A DNA stretch of 64,000 bases from a bacterium (GCA_965219955.1 OZ244799.1:32001-96000); one strand, 5' to 3'; shown: positions 53,570 to 64,000, counted from the stretch's first letter. A program made the numbers and translations. The notes: generated by a model not told the origin, from the sequence alone.

Positions 53570-56215
53570 ATGAAGGGCAATGAGGTCCGCCGACAATTTC
53601 TCGAATTCTTCGCCGGCGAGGCGCACAGGATCGTTCGCAGCTCGGCGCTGGTCCCCATGAACGACCCCACCTTGCTGTTCACCAACGCCGGCATGGTCCA
53701 GTTCAAGGACGTGTTCACGGGCCTGGAGAAGCGCGACTACAACCGGGCGGTGAGTTCCCAGAAATGCCTGCGTGTGAGCGGCAAGCACAACGACCTCGAA
53801 AACGTCGGCCGAACGGCCCGGCACCACACGTTCTTCGAGATGCTGGGCAATTTCTCGTTCGGCGAGTACTTCAAGGAAAAGGCGATCGAGTTCGGCTGGG
53901 AGTTTCTGATTAACCGCGTGGGTCTGGACGGAGATCGCATGTGGATCACCGTCTTCAGGGAGGACGACGAGGCGGCGGAGCTTTGGGAGCGGCTCGTGGG
54001 CGTGCCGCCGGAGCGCATCGTCCGCATGGATGAGAAGGACAACTTCTGGGCGATGGGGGACACCGGCCCCTGCGGCCCCTGCTCGGAGCTCATTTATGAC
54101 CAGGGCGATCACATCGTCGGCGCGCCGCCGGGAAGCGGGCACGAGGATGAGGACGGGGATCGCTACCTGGAACTCTGGAACCTCGTGTTCATGCAGTTCA
54201 ACCGGGAGGCTTCGGGCAGGATGGAGCCGCTGCCCAAGCCCTCCGTCGATACGGGAATGGGCCTCGAACGCCTCACGGCGGTGGTGCAGAAAGAGGACAG
54301 CAATTATCACACCGACCTCCTGATGCCGCTCATTCATTCGGTCGAGGAGCGTTGCGGCAGGGAATACACCGGCAGCGACGCGCCGAACGACGTCTCGTTC
54401 CGCGTCATTGCGGACCACGTTCGCGCGGTGAGCTTTCTGGTGGCGGACGGCGTTCTGCCGAGCAACGAGGGCCGGGGCTACGTGTTGAGGCGCGTGGCGA
54501 GGCGGGCCTTGCGGCACGGCAGGATGCTGGGCATCGAGGGGCCGTTCCTGCATCAGACGGCGGGCGTGGTGGCCGACATGATGGGCGGTGCCTTCCCTGA
54601 ACTCAGGGAGGGCCTGAGCTACATCTCCCGCGTCACGCTGGCCGAAGAGGAGAGGTTCGCCAACACCCTGGCGCAGGGCCAGCCGCGCATGGACGCGCTC
54701 GCTGAAGAAGTGAAATCATCGGGCAGCGCCACCATTCCGGGCGGGGAGGTGTTCACCCTGCTCGATACTTATGGCTATCCGTGGGATCTGGCGGTGGAGA
54801 CGGCCGCGTTTCACGGCCTCGGGATAGACCAGGGCGGTTTCGACGAGGCGATGGAGCAGCAGCGCGAACGCGCGCGCGCCCACTGGAAAGGCTCGGGCGA
54901 AGCCGCCGTCGATGAAATCTGGCACCAGGTGCGCGATGAGGCGGGCGCGACCGAATTCACCGGTTATGATCACGATGAAGAACAAGCCTGCGCCCGCGCC
55001 CTCATGGTGGATGGCGTGCTGAGCGATGAAGCCGGCGCAGGAGATGAGGCGCGCGTCGTGCTCGACAAGACGCCGTTTTACGGCGAAGCGGGTGGGCAGG
55101 AAGGCGACAGGGGCGGGTTTTCCTGGCCCGATGGGGCCGCCGTCGTGCTCGACACGCAAAAGCCGCTTCCCGACGTGTACGCGCATCATATCAAGGTGAC
55201 GGAAGGAACCCTCAGGAAGGGACAGAACGTCAACGCGCGAATCGACACGGAGAGGCGCGATCTCTTGAGGCGCAACCACTCGGCCACCCACCTGCTGCAA
55301 TACGCGCTGCGCCAGGTTCTGGGAGATCACGTCAAGCAGGCGGGTTCTCACCTCTCGCCCGAGAGGCTGCGGTTCGACTACACCCATTTCGCGGCGATGA
55401 CGTCCCGCGAACGCGAAAGGGTGGAGGACATCGTCAACGAGCGCATTCGCGAGAACGCGAACGTGGAGACGCGCCACATGTCGATAGACGACGCGCTGGC
55501 TGAAGGGGCGACGGCGCTCTTCGGCGAGCGTTACGGCGAGGACGTGCGGGTCGTCTCCGTGGGTGATTTCAGCATGGAGCTTTGCGGGGGCACGCATGCG
55601 CGCGCCGTAGGCGACATCGGTTTATTCCGTATCCTGCACGAGGGCAGCGTGGCCTCGGGCGTGAGGCGCATCGAGGCATTGACGGGAGAGGGCGCGCTCC
55701 TCCAGGCCCGCAAGGAACAACACGTTCTCTCGGAAATCGGGGAGCTCACCAGGGCGGCGCCGCTCGAGGAGGCCGAGCGGGTGAAGCGGCTGCTCGACCG
55801 CGTGAAGACGCTCGAGCGTGAACTCAAGGATTCGCGCGACAGGCAATCGCGCGACGAGATGGGCGATCTGGCTTCCGAGGCCAAAGAAATTTCGGGCGTC
55901 AGGCTCATCGCCGTGAGACGCGACGGCCTTCAGGCGGGCGAGTTGCGCGGAATCATCGACGCGGCGAAGGGCAAGCTCCAAAGCGGCGTCGCGGTGGTCG
56001 CCGCCGTGACGGACGGAAAGGTCGCCATCGCCGCGGGCGTCACGAAAGACCTCACGTCTCGTATTCATGCCGGGAATCTCGTGAAAGAGGTGGCCTCGCT
56101 CGTCGGCGGCAGAGGCGGGGGCCGACAGGACTTCGCGCAAGCGGGCGGCAAGGACGTGGAAAAAGTGGACGACGCCCTCGCCGCTGTTCCCGGGCTGATC
56201 GAAAAGATGACATAA
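53570..56215 (+). CDS. alaS: Alanine--tRNA ligase
   Basis: LLFTNAGM, HHTFFEMLGNFSFG, HSATH, ELCGGTH, GGRGGGR. Confidence 0.97.
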   Translation: MKGNEVRRQFLEFFAGEAHRIVRSSALVPMNDPTLLFTNAGMVQFKDVFTGLEKRDYNRAVSSQKCLRVSGKHNDLENVGRTARHHTFFEMLGNFSFGEYFKEKAIEFGWEFLINRVGLDGDRMWITVFREDDEAAELWERLVGVPPERIVRMDEKDNFWAMGDTGPCGPCSELIYDQGDHIVGAPPGSGHEDEDGDRYLELWNLVFMQFNREASGRMEPLPKPSVDTGMGLERLTAVVQKEDSNYHTDLLMPLIHSVEERCGREYTGSDAPNDVSFRVIADHVRAVSFLVADGVLPSNEGRGYVLRRVARRALRHGRMLGIEGPFLHQTAGVVADMMGGAFPELREGLSYISRVTLAEEERFANTLAQGQPRMDALAEEVKSSGSATIPGGEVFTLLDTYGYPWDLAVETAAFHGLGIDQGGFDEAMEQQRERARAHWKGSGEAAVDEIWHQVRDEAGATEFTGYDHDEEQACARALMVDGVLSDEAGAGDEARVVLDKTPFYGEAGGQEGDRGGFSWPDGAAVVLDTQKPLPDVYAHHIKVTEGTLRKGQNVNARIDTERRDLLRRNHSATHLLQYALRQVLGDHVKQAGSHLSPERLRFDYTHFAAMTSRERERVEDIVNERIRENANVETRHMSIDDALAEGATALFGERYGEDVRVVSVGDFSMELCGGTHARAVGDIGLFRILHEGSVASGVRRIEALTGEGALLQARKEQHVLSEIGELTRAAPLEEAERVKRLLDRVKTLERELKDSRDRQSRDEMGDLASEAKEISGVRLIAVRRDGLQAGELRGIIDAAKGKLQSGVAVVAAVTDGKVAIAAGVTKDLTSRIHAGNLVKEVASLVGGRGGGRQDFAQAGGKDVEKVDDALAAVPGLIEKMT

Positions 56216-56280
56216 TCGCCACGCATCCGCGCCGGGTTCGGGCGGGACCATCGCAGCATTTTTCGTTTCGGAGAACGTCT

Positions 56281-57462
56281 TTGAGAGATTCGGCAGTGGC
56301 CGGCGCGGTTCCGGAGCGCCTCAAAAAAAGAAGAATCTCCCTGCTCATCGTCGCCCACGTCGCGAACGACAGCTATTTCGGATTTCTTCCCCCTTTGCTC
56401 CCCCTCATCGTAGAGCGCCTGGACCTGCCCCTGAGCCTGGCGGGTCTTCTGGCCACCACGCTTTCAGTAACCGGCGCCGTGGGCCAGCCCCTTTTCGGCT
56501 ACTTCGCCGACAGGATCAGGAAAGGATGGCTCCTGGCGCTCGGACCGCTGGGCGGCGCGCTGTTGGCGTTCATGCTCTACATGCCGAATTTCTGGATGCT
56601 CATGCTCCTCATGCTGATCGCAGGCTCGGGGTCGGCCTGTTTTCATCCCGTGGCTTCGGTCATCGCCGGTCAGTCCGCCGGCGCGAGAAAAGGGTTCGGC
56701 ATGTCGCTTTATGTCGCGGGCGGCCGTTTGGGCGTGGGGCTGGGTTCCGGGGTGGCGACGTTCATCGTCACCCGGTGGGGCATCGACGCCATACCTTACG
56801 CCAGTCTCTTCGGCATTATCATCGGGGCGCCCTTGCTTTTCTTCTCTCCACCCATCCAGGAAGTGGGAAGCGGCGCATCGCAAAGTTTCAAGCAGACGAT
56901 GTCTATGCTCAGGATCGTGTTCCGTCCGCTTTTCCTCTTGTGGGTCGTGAATTTATGCCGGACCACGGTGACCATGACGGTGCAGGTTTTCTTGCCGATC
57001 TACATTATCGCCAAAGGCGGTTCGCTGGCCGCGGGTGGAACGGCCGTTACCCTGTTTCTGGTCGCCGCGGCGGTGGGCGGCATCTACGGCGGTCATCTCT
57101 CGGACATTTTCGGCAGGCGGATCGTGACGATCATGGCCATTTGCCTGGGCACGCCCGCGTTGGGCATGGCCTTTCTGTTTGATGAGCCCTTGCGGACCGT
57201 CTTCGTCATATTATCGGGCGCCGCTTTTTACGCGCAGATGGGCGTTTCGGTGACGTACGCGCAGGAGATCGCTCCCGAACATGCCGCCCTGGTGAGCAGT
57301 TTCATGCTCGGCGTGGTCTGGTTCGTGGCGAGTATCGGGATGATCGCCGTGGGCGGCCTGGCCGATTACATCGGCGTGGAAACGGCCTTGCCTCTGGTCT
57401 GCATGGCGTTCGGCATCGTGGGTTCGTTCCTCTCTCTCGGATTGCCCAAGGAGACGGCGTAG
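56281..57462 (+). CDS. MFS transporter (Fsr-like)
   Basis: About 12 TM helices; H..ND, QPLFGYFADR, FHP, LSDIFGRR motifs. Confidence 0.88.
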   Translation: MRDSAVAGAVPERLKKRRISLLIVAHVANDSYFGFLPPLLPLIVERLDLPLSLAGLLATTLSVTGAVGQPLFGYFADRIRKGWLLALGPLGGALLAFMLYMPNFWMLMLLMLIAGSGSACFHPVASVIAGQSAGARKGFGMSLYVAGGRLGVGLGSGVATFIVTRWGIDAIPYASLFGIIIGAPLLFFSPPIQEVGSGASQSFKQTMSMLRIVFRPLFLLWVVNLCRTTVTMTVQVFLPIYIIAKGGSLAAGGTAVTLFLVAAAVGGIYGGHLSDIFGRRIVTIMAICLGTPALGMAFLFDEPLRTVFVILSGAAFYAQMGVSVTYAQEIAPEHAALVSSFMLGVVWFVASIGMIAVGGLADYIGVETALPLVCMAFGIVGSFLSLGLPKETA

Positions 57463-57466
57463 AGGT

Positions 57467-57859
57467 ATGAGCGGAAAATTCAAACCCCTGGCCGTGGAAC
57501 GCGAGATAGCCGAGGAGATGGCCTCCACGCTCGGCCGCATCGGCAGCGAGTTCTCAAAGCGCCATCAGAGGGCGTGGGCCGCCTGGCGCGCCTGGGAAAA
57601 GGCAGGAGAACTCGGCGATAAAATCAGGGAAAGGCGGGAGAGTGCGCTCCACCACGCGATGGACGATGCCGAGCGCTACCGGTATTTTCTGATCGTGCAA
57701 AGAGAAGCGATGGGGCTTCGGAACCATGCGGAGGTGAACCGAAAATATCCGCTCCCCCGGGTGCCGGGCAGGCCGCCCGCCGCGGGCGACCCCACTAGCC
57801 CTCGTCTCGCTTGGCCCGGAGGATTTTCACGAGGTTGGCGTAGGAAGTTCTCCGGATGA
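57467..57859 (+). CDS. Hypothetical protein (DUF6665-like)
   Basis: EIAEEMASTLGR and LIVQREAMGLR motifs; GAGG RBS. Confidence 0.6.
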   Translation: MSGKFKPLAVEREIAEEMASTLGRIGSEFSKRHQRAWAAWRAWEKAGELGDKIRERRESALHHAMDDAERYRYFLIVQREAMGLRNHAEVNRKYPLPRVPGRPPAAGDPTSPRLAWPGGFSRGWRRKFSG

Positions 57860-58400
57860 TGGATCGGAACTGGTCCCGGTAGTTTTTCACCAGACTCACG
57901 CCCTCCACCACAACGTCGTAGACGCGCCATTCGCCTTCCACTTTGTGCAGGCGGTAGACGATGTTGACCTCTTTCTTGTTCGTCGTGATGATGACGGTGT
58001 TGACCTTGGCGAATTCCGCGTCGCTGGTCTCTTTGCCGAGAACGACTTTCTCGTTGGTGTAGCTTTCCAGTGTGCCGGCGTAGTTGCGTTCCATGAAATA
58101 GCTGAAAAGCTCGATGAATTCGGCCTTCTCCTCGGGCGTGCGCTTTCTCCACGCCCTTGCGAGGCTTCGCCGGGACATTTCCTCGAAATCGAAATACTGG
58201 TGGATGACCTTGCGCATCCGGTTTCTGCGCTCCGCCTTTTTCTCAGGCGCCTTCAATTCGGGCTGGCCGAGTATCTCCAACACCCCGTGTATCCCCTTGC
58301 GCACCACTTCGGAGGGCTCTCCCGCCTGGGTGGCCGAAGCGAGAAGCGCATGGGCCAGAAGTGCGGCGATGAGTAGCGGCAAACGCTTTTTCAACAACAT
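57795..58400 (-). CDS. mlaC: MlaC/Ttg2D phospholipid-binding protein
   Basis: Signal peptide; FDFEEMSRRSL and WRVYDVVVEGVSLVKNYR motifs. Confidence 0.9.
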   Translation of the reverse strand: MLLKKRLPLLIAALLAHALLASATQAGEPSEVVRKGIHGVLEILGQPELKAPEKKAERRNRMRKVIHQYFDFEEMSRRSLARAWRKRTPEEKAEFIELFSYFMERNYAGTLESYTNEKVVLGKETSDAEFAKVNTVIITTNKKEVNIVYRLHKVEGEWRVYDVVVEGVSLVKNYRDQFRSIIRRTSYANLVKILRAKRDEG

Positions 58401-58574
58401 GGTTTCTCCTCGTAGGGGAATGACTGCATTCGGGAGCGGCGGCAAAACTCGGATGATATGATGATGTTTATATGTTGTCCGGCTCTCTCGATTCTGAGTC
58501 TGCTGGCGCGAAGCACTCATTGGCGAACAGATTATCGGTCATCTTCCAGCGTTGTTTCAGGCGGCGATGCTCCT

Positions 58575-59024
58575 TTATTTCTTCTTCACATTGCCGAAAA
58601 TAAAGTCGCCGATGAGTTTCTCGATGTCAACCGGGGGCTCCGTCTCCCGAATCCGTCCGCCCGGGGGGATGATTTTTTCCGACCCTCCCTGGCTTAAGCT
58701 CACGTACTTGTCGCCCAATACCCCTTTCGTGCGAATCGAGGCGATGGAATCCCGCGAGAGCCTGATGCTCTCGTCGATGCGGAGCTTGATTCTCGCATCC
58801 TCCCCGTCCAGGGAGATTCCGCTCACCCGCCCGACGCGCACGCCCGCCATTTCGACCGAGGCGCCACTTCTCAAGCCTGTGGCGGACGTGAAATTCGCCG
58901 AGACTTCATAGGTGCCGTCATCGAAGAGATCCAGGCCGCCGAGGTTGATGGACAGATAGGCGAGCGCGAGGATTCCCGCCAGAACGAATACGCCGACGCC
59001 GAATTCCACGTTTTTCCGGTACAA
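58575..59024 (-). CDS. mlaD: MlaD (MCE domain) protein
   Basis: VGVFV TM, GLRSGASVEMAGVRVGRV, GVLGDKYV; TTG start with AAGGA RBS. Confidence 0.9.
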   Translation of the reverse strand: MYRKNVEFGVGVFVLAGILALAYLSINLGGLDLFDDGTYEVSANFTSATGLRSGASVEMAGVRVGRVSGISLDGEDARIKLRIDESIRLSRDSIASIRTKGVLGDKYVSLSQGGSEKIIPPGGRIRETEPPVDIEKLIGDFIFGNVKKK

Positions 59025-59038
59025 GGCTCGTTCCTTCT

Positions 59039-59827
59039 TCAAATGAGAATCGAGGTGAGGAAATAGTCGCCCACCAGTATCAGGACGGAAGACAGCACCA
59101 CGGCCGAGGTGGTCGCCTTGCCCACTCCCTCGGCCCCGTGACCGCAATGATACCCCTTATAGCAGCAGACCCATGTGACGATCAGGCCGAATACGATGGA
59201 CTTCCATAAGCCTACGTTGATGTCGACCATCTCGATCTTGTCCTGCATCTCCCCGAAAAAGGTGCCCGAACTCAAGCCCATCAACTCCACGCCAACGAGA
59301 TAGGCCCCGAAAATGCCGATGAGATCGCAAAGCGCCGTCAGCAGGGGGAATACTATCACGCCCGCGAGCAGCCGGGGAGAGACGAGGCGCTGCAGGGGGT
59401 TTACGGCCATGCTCTTTAAGGCGTCCACCTGTTCGGTGATCTGCATGATGCCGATTTCGGCCGTCATGGCGGAGCCCGCCCTGCCGGTGACGACGAGGGC
59501 GGTGAGCACGGGCCCGAGTTCGCGGATGAGGCTGAAGGCGACGGCGGGGCCCAGGAAGGCTTCGGAGCCGAATTTCCTGAAGGCGTAGATTCCCTGCAGC
59601 GCCAGCACCATTCCTGTGAACAGGCCGGTCAGCAGGACGATGGAGAGCGAACCCGTGCCGATGATGTATATCTGGCGCATCAGGAGCGAGGGCCGCCAGG
59701 GTGGCGCGAAGATCCACCGCACGGATTCGAGCAGGAAGATCGCAGCTCTTCCCATGCTGGCGATGATCTCCATCGCTCTGCGTCCGAGCGCCTGGATGCC
59801 TTGTCTCACCATTGTCGCGGAACTCAT
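59039..59827 (-). CDS. mlaE: MlaE permease
   Basis: RELGPVLTA...GRAGSAMTAEIG.M..TEQVDAL. Confidence 0.93.
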   Translation of the reverse strand: MSSATMVRQGIQALGRRAMEIIASMGRAAIFLLESVRWIFAPPWRPSLLMRQIYIIGTGSLSIVLLTGLFTGMVLALQGIYAFRKFGSEAFLGPAVAFSLIRELGPVLTALVVTGRAGSAMTAEIGIMQITEQVDALKSMAVNPLQRLVSPRLLAGVIVFPLLTALCDLIGIFGAYLVGVELMGLSSGTFFGEMQDKIEMVDINVGLWKSIVFGLIVTWVCCYKGYHCGHGAEGVGKATTSAVVLSSVLILVGDYFLTSILI

Positions 59828-60011
59828 GGGGTTTGCCTTCTAATCCTCATCATGAGCGAGTATAGTGATCGTCATGGATTGCGTGGCGGCTTCGACGGGC
59901 GGTCTCGCGATTCGCAGGGCGGAGAAAGTCGATCCCTAGTGTATCGTTCCTGAAGCACGAAGATCAACGCCGGCTCGAGCAGTCATATTCTTCTAAGGGT
60001 TTGTTTTTTAT

Positions 60012-60836
60012 ATGAAAAATACAGCACTCGGCCCCCTGTCCAGATACATCGAGTTCGGGGTGCGCAGCCATGCGTCGGATTTTGCGCAGATCACCCGCCT
60101 TTTCGTAGCGATTTACGTGCCGGTATCCATGATTGCGCTTTCGGTTCATCCTTCCATCAAATCGCTGATCGACCCCCAGGCGAACCTCATGCTGCTGTTC
60201 CCCCTTATGATCGCCTCGCAGTTGATTTTGCGCGTATTACAGGTTTTCCTGTTCATTCTCCTGATCTTGAGGATCGAGTCCGAGCGCATGGGCGATGGAG
60301 CCGTTTGGGACATCGCCGAGGCGGTGAATCGCCTGAAGTCCGTCGCCAAGGTGGATTTGGCGTACACCTTTGGTTTGCAGTTGCTGGGCGTCATCGGGTT
60401 TGCGGCGGCGTTGTTCATCTTCAGTTTTATTTTCGGAGATTCACCCATCGGGCTTCCGTTCTCGTTCGCGGTCACGATTTTTCTCGTTCTCACGCCTGCG
60501 GTTCGGTATTATTTCTGCACCCTTACCGCGCTGCTCTATGGCGACGACTTCGCCCAGGCCTTCCGCCGCGCCGGGACGATATCGAGCGGAGGCGAGAGAA
60601 CCGTCGTCGTTTTGGCGATGACCTATCTGCTGATCTGGTTCATCCTCTGGCAAGTGATACAGGGGATTTTCGGCGGGGGTCTGTTGGGGCAGGTCCTGCT
60701 GCAGACGGGCGTGATGGTGACCTCTATCTCGTATTACCTGGCGGGGTATCTTCTGTTCTCGGACCTCTGCGAAGCGGCGAGCGCTAGGCGGGAGGACGAA
60801 GCGGGGCAGATCCCCGAAGATACGGACGACGCCTAG
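60012..60836 (+). CDS. Hypothetical integral membrane protein
   Basis: About 6 hydrophobic helices; long ORF filling the gap. Confidence 0.7.
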   Translation: MKNTALGPLSRYIEFGVRSHASDFAQITRLFVAIYVPVSMIALSVHPSIKSLIDPQANLMLLFPLMIASQLILRVLQVFLFILLILRIESERMGDGAVWDIAEAVNRLKSVAKVDLAYTFGLQLLGVIGFAAALFIFSFIFGDSPIGLPFSFAVTIFLVLTPAVRYYFCTLTALLYGDDFAQAFRRAGTISSGGERTVVVLAMTYLLIWFILWQVIQGIFGGGLLGQVLLQTGVMVTSISYYLAGYLLFSDLCEAASARREDEAGQIPEDTDDA

Positions 60837-60844
60837 CGCAGACC

Positions 60845-61624
60845 CTACAGGAAGACTTCGAAACTCAGCCCGTCATACGCCAGTTCCACGCCGCCGGGCA
60901 GGTTCCGGTTCGTTTCGTGGTATTCGAGTTCGAAATTGGTGTGGGTGAAATAGGTTTGCTCGGGCTCGAGCGCATCGACGATTTCCAGCGCCTCGGCGAC
61001 CGTGAAGTGTGAAGGGTGCTCGCGGTGGCGCAAGGCGTCCAGGACGAGGACGCGCACTCCTTTCAGGATTTCCATGGATTTTTCCGGAATGGCGTTGCAA
61101 TCCGTGGCGTAGGCGAAGTCCCCCACCCGAAGGCCCATCACCCTCATGCCGGCATGTTCGAGTTCGAAGGGGATGACGTTCATGCCGGCCACACCGAAAG
61201 GGGATTCTCCAATCTCCTCCAGCGTGAGTTGCGGCTTGAAGCCGCTGTAGTTCCCGTCGTTGAAGATGTAGCTGAAATTCTGGCGGAGAATCTTCACCGT
61301 GTTGGGATAGGCATAGCAGGGAATCGGCTTTCGCATCAGGAAATTGAAGGCTCGCAAGTCGTCGATGCCGTGGGTATGGTCCGCATGATAGTGCGTGTAG
61401 ACCACGGCGTCCACGCGGGTGATCTGGTGCCTGAGCGCCTGCTCGCGCAAATCGGGGCCTGTATCCACCAGCAGGTTTCGCCCTTTGTGTTCGATGATGA
61501 TGCTCGGACGAAGCCGCTTGTTCCTGGGATCATCCGAAAGACATGCGGCAGTGGTGCACCCGATGGAAGGAACGCCGGTGGAGGTGCCGCAGCCCAGAAC
61601 GGTGACACGAGCGCGTGCGTTCAT
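60845..61624 (-). CDS. MBL-fold metallo-hydrolase (PhnP-like)
   Basis: LGCGTSTGVP, VDTGPD, THYHADHTHG. Confidence 0.9.
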   Translation of the reverse strand: MNARARVTVLGCGTSTGVPSIGCTTAACLSDDPRNKRLRPSIIIEHKGRNLLVDTGPDLREQALRHQITRVDAVVYTHYHADHTHGIDDLRAFNFLMRKPIPCYAYPNTVKILRQNFSYIFNDGNYSGFKPQLTLEEIGESPFGVAGMNVIPFELEHAGMRVMGLRVGDFAYATDCNAIPEKSMEILKGVRVLVLDALRHREHPSHFTVAEALEIVDALEPEQTYFTHTNFELEYHETNRNLPGGVELAYDGLSFEVFL

Positions 61625-62655
61625 CTCACCGAATCCGCCAGAACCCGAGCGGCGGTTTGCACGTCTTCCCTCGATACGTCCAGGTGGGTGACGGCGCGGA
61701 GCATCTTCGGACTGGGAACGGAGAAGGCGACGCCGTTTTTCATCGTCGCCTCGTTGATCTGGTGCGCCGTTTTGCCCGTTTCCGAGACGTCCAGGAACAC
61801 GAGATTGGTGGGCGTCGTGTCGTGGACGGGCCGAATCCCCGGAACCCCGGCGGTGAGTTCCGAGAATAGCTGGGCGTTGGCGTGGTCATCAGCCAAACGC
61901 TCTACATGATGGTCCAGAGCGTAGAGACCCGCGGCGGCGAGAACCCCCGCCTGGCGCCAGCCGCCGCCCAGCATTCTCCGGTAGCGGCGCGCCTCTTCGA
62001 TGAACGCTCCTTCCCCGAGCAGGATGGAGCCCACCGGGCAGCCCAGCCCCTTGGAGAGGCAAAAGCAGATCGAATCGCAGCGCCTCGCCCACTCCTGAGG
62101 GGGAATGCCGGAGGCGATGATGGCGTTGAAGATGCGGGCGCCGTCGATGTGAAGGGGGATGTTCTGCTCTTGCGAGAAGACGCGCAACTCATCGAGCCCT
62201 TCGAGGGGGAACACGTGGCCGCCGCCCTGGTTGTGCGTGTTCTCCACCCAGAGGAGGGAGCTTTTCGGGTACCCTCCCTTGGGGCGCAGCCATTCCTCGG
62301 CGTCTCCTCGCGCGTATGCCCCGCGTTTCGCCGAAATCAGGGCGAATTGAACGCCGGACAAAAACGGGCTTGCGCCCAGTTCGTTTCGAAAGGGATGGCA
62401 ATGGGAATCGGCGATGATTTCATCGCCCGGATTCGTGTGGACCTTGATGGCCAGTTGGTTGGCCAGCGTGCCGGAGGACACGAAAAGGCCGCCTTCCTTG
62501 CCGAACAGCGCAGCCGCCTTTTCGACGAGTTCGTTGACGCTCGGGTCCTCCCCCAGCATTTCATCGCCCACCGGGGCCTCGGCGATGGCCTCGCGCATCG
62601 CTGGCGTGGGGCGTGTTGCGGTGTCGCTTCTCAGGTCGATGAGCTGACGGGACAC
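61621..62655 (-). CDS. ltaE: Low-specificity L-threonine aldolase
   Basis: DLRSDT, SGTLANQ, HIDGARIFN, CLSKGLG, GGGWRQAG. Confidence 0.9.
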   Translation of the reverse strand: MSRQLIDLRSDTATRPTPAMREAIAEAPVGDEMLGEDPSVNELVEKAAALFGKEGGLFVSSGTLANQLAIKVHTNPGDEIIADSHCHPFRNELGASPFLSGVQFALISAKRGAYARGDAEEWLRPKGGYPKSSLLWVENTHNQGGGHVFPLEGLDELRVFSQEQNIPLHIDGARIFNAIIASGIPPQEWARRCDSICFCLSKGLGCPVGSILLGEGAFIEEARRYRRMLGGGWRQAGVLAAAGLYALDHHVERLADDHANAQLFSELTAGVPGIRPVHDTTPTNLVFLDVSETGKTAHQINEATMKNGVAFSVPSPKMLRAVTHLDVSREDVQTAARVLADSVR

Positions 62656-62830
62656 AGAATAGACCTCCCGGGTTCTGGCTCCCGTCTCTGGGAGTCGAGT
62701 AAAGCATTTGGTTTGCTGTCATCCGCTTGGTGGAGAATATATTTGCATAATCGCGAGTGATTTGCCAAATTATCGCCCTGTCATTTCCCGGCTTTTGTAC
62801 TCCTCACGCACGCCTGGAGATTGAACGGAT

Positions 62831-63964
62831 ATGCGCAATCCCGATGAGCTCCCGATTTTTGAAGATGATTTCCTGAGGCGCGCGAGGGCGTTTCAGATGC
62901 GGCGCCTGTATGTGGGGCTGGCGTCCTCCGCCCTGGAATTCGGCGTCGTGTTGGCGCTTTTGCTCTGGTATCTGGGTTCGGAGGCCGGGAAGCCTGTGGG
63001 CGGCGCGTTCGTAAGCGGATTCGCAACTTTCTCTCTCATCGTCTTCTTAAGAACGCTGGTCTCCTTGCCCTTTGATTACTACGGCGGCTACGTGCTCGCC
63101 CACCGGGAAAACTTATCGAACCAATCGCTGGCCGGTTGGATATGGGACAGATGCAAGGGATTGGCGCTCTTGCTGTTGTTGGGCGGCTCGGCCGGCGGTG
63201 TTTTTTTGATGATCATGGTCGCGTGGCCGGTTCATTGGTGGTGGATAGCCGCGCTGGCTTCTGTTTTGCTGGTGGTTTTCATCTCCCTCATCGCTCCGGT
63301 GCTGCTGGCGCCCATCTTCTTCCGCTTCAAGCCCCTGGCGGATGAGGAGCTCAGGGAGCGGCTCCTCGCCTTTCTGGAGAGAACGAAGGCGAGCGTGTAC
63401 GGCGGGGTGTGGGAGATGGATATGAGTTCGAAGAGCAAGACGGCGAACGCCGCCCTTGTCGGCTGGGGGCCGTCCCGGCGTGTGGTTCTCTCCGATACGC
63501 TGCTCGATTTCACGCCCGATGAGATCGAGGCGGTCCTCGCCCATGAGATCGCCCATCACGTGGGCCGCCACATCCCGGCCCTCATCGCGATGAAAAGCGT
63601 GATGCTGGCTTTCGCGATGTATCTCTCCCGGCACTCGCTTGAATGGCTGGGAGAATGGGCCAACCCCGCTCTCGTCCAGCCGGGAGAGCCCGCCGGCATC
63701 GTGGTTTTGTGGATCGTGCTGAGCATCCTGGGAGCGGTGATGTCTCCTCTCTTTCTCGTCATTTCGCGCGCTTTCGAGTACCGCTGCGATCGCTATTCGA
63801 CCGAGTACGCCGAGGCGAGGGGCGGATTGTCTTCCGCTCTCGTCAAGTTATGCAGGCAGAACCTGACGGACCCCGACCCGCCCGGCTGGGTGGTCGCGCT
63901 CTTTCATTCGCACCCCTCGGTTTACGATCGGCTGGCGAGAGTCGAGCCCCGGGAGAAGGCTTAG
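62831..63964 (+). CDS. M48 family (Ste24-like) metalloprotease
   Basis: TM helices, LSDTLL, AHEIAH (HExxH), E..CD, SHP. Confidence 0.9.
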   Translation: MRNPDELPIFEDDFLRRARAFQMRRLYVGLASSALEFGVVLALLLWYLGSEAGKPVGGAFVSGFATFSLIVFLRTLVSLPFDYYGGYVLAHRENLSNQSLAGWIWDRCKGLALLLLLGGSAGGVFLMIMVAWPVHWWWIAALASVLLVVFISLIAPVLLAPIFFRFKPLADEELRERLLAFLERTKASVYGGVWEMDMSSKSKTANAALVGWGPSRRVVLSDTLLDFTPDEIEAVLAHEIAHHVGRHIPALIAMKSVMLAFAMYLSRHSLEWLGEWANPALVQPGEPAGIVVLWIVLSILGAVMSPLFLVISRAFEYRCDRYSTEYAEARGGLSSALVKLCRQNLTDPDPPGWVVALFHSHPSVYDRLARVEPREKA

Positions 63965-64000
63965 GTGGTATTTCGGCTCAACGCGTTTCGAGTGTTTTCC

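Overview
Bacterial genomic window, mostly about 60-65% GC by eye, with two parts. The first ~32 kb is accessory or metabolic. It holds a lower-GC transporter block (TAXI-TRAP binding protein, AhpD-like protein, sugar ABC transporter), a defence/TA-like island (XRE, HEPN, DUF3800, AAA-ATPase plus putative nuclease, HigBA, HNH, Panacea TA), an IS1182-family element, many REP-like and MITE-like repeats, and flavin, methionine and folate enzymes. The last ~32 kb is core genome: metH, tRNA-Leu, tig-clpP-clpX, tRNA-Val, thrS-infC-rpmI-rplT-pheST, zapA-6S RNA-5FCL-rny-ymdB, MCM, alaS, mlaEDC, ltaE. Main observations: (1) two near-identical 88-nt structured RNA copies (12399-12486, 13331-13418) flank a DUF3800 RNase-H-like gene; each has its own minus-strand sigma70-like promoter, a GNRA loop and a U-tract, and one sits directly upstream of a HEPN gene, making this a candidate ncRNA-nuclease system; (2) a deiodinase-like selenoprotein is split by an in-frame UGA followed by a SECIS-like hairpin (23205-23852); (3) an RbsA-type ABC ATPase has a ~155-aa multi-TM insertion inside its second NBD; (4) a family of MITEs shares the IS1182 termini and carries different REP-like cargo; (5) an unannotated 49-aa membrane peptide lies between rpmI and rplT. 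All calls come from reading the sequence and recognising motifs; no database searches were run.
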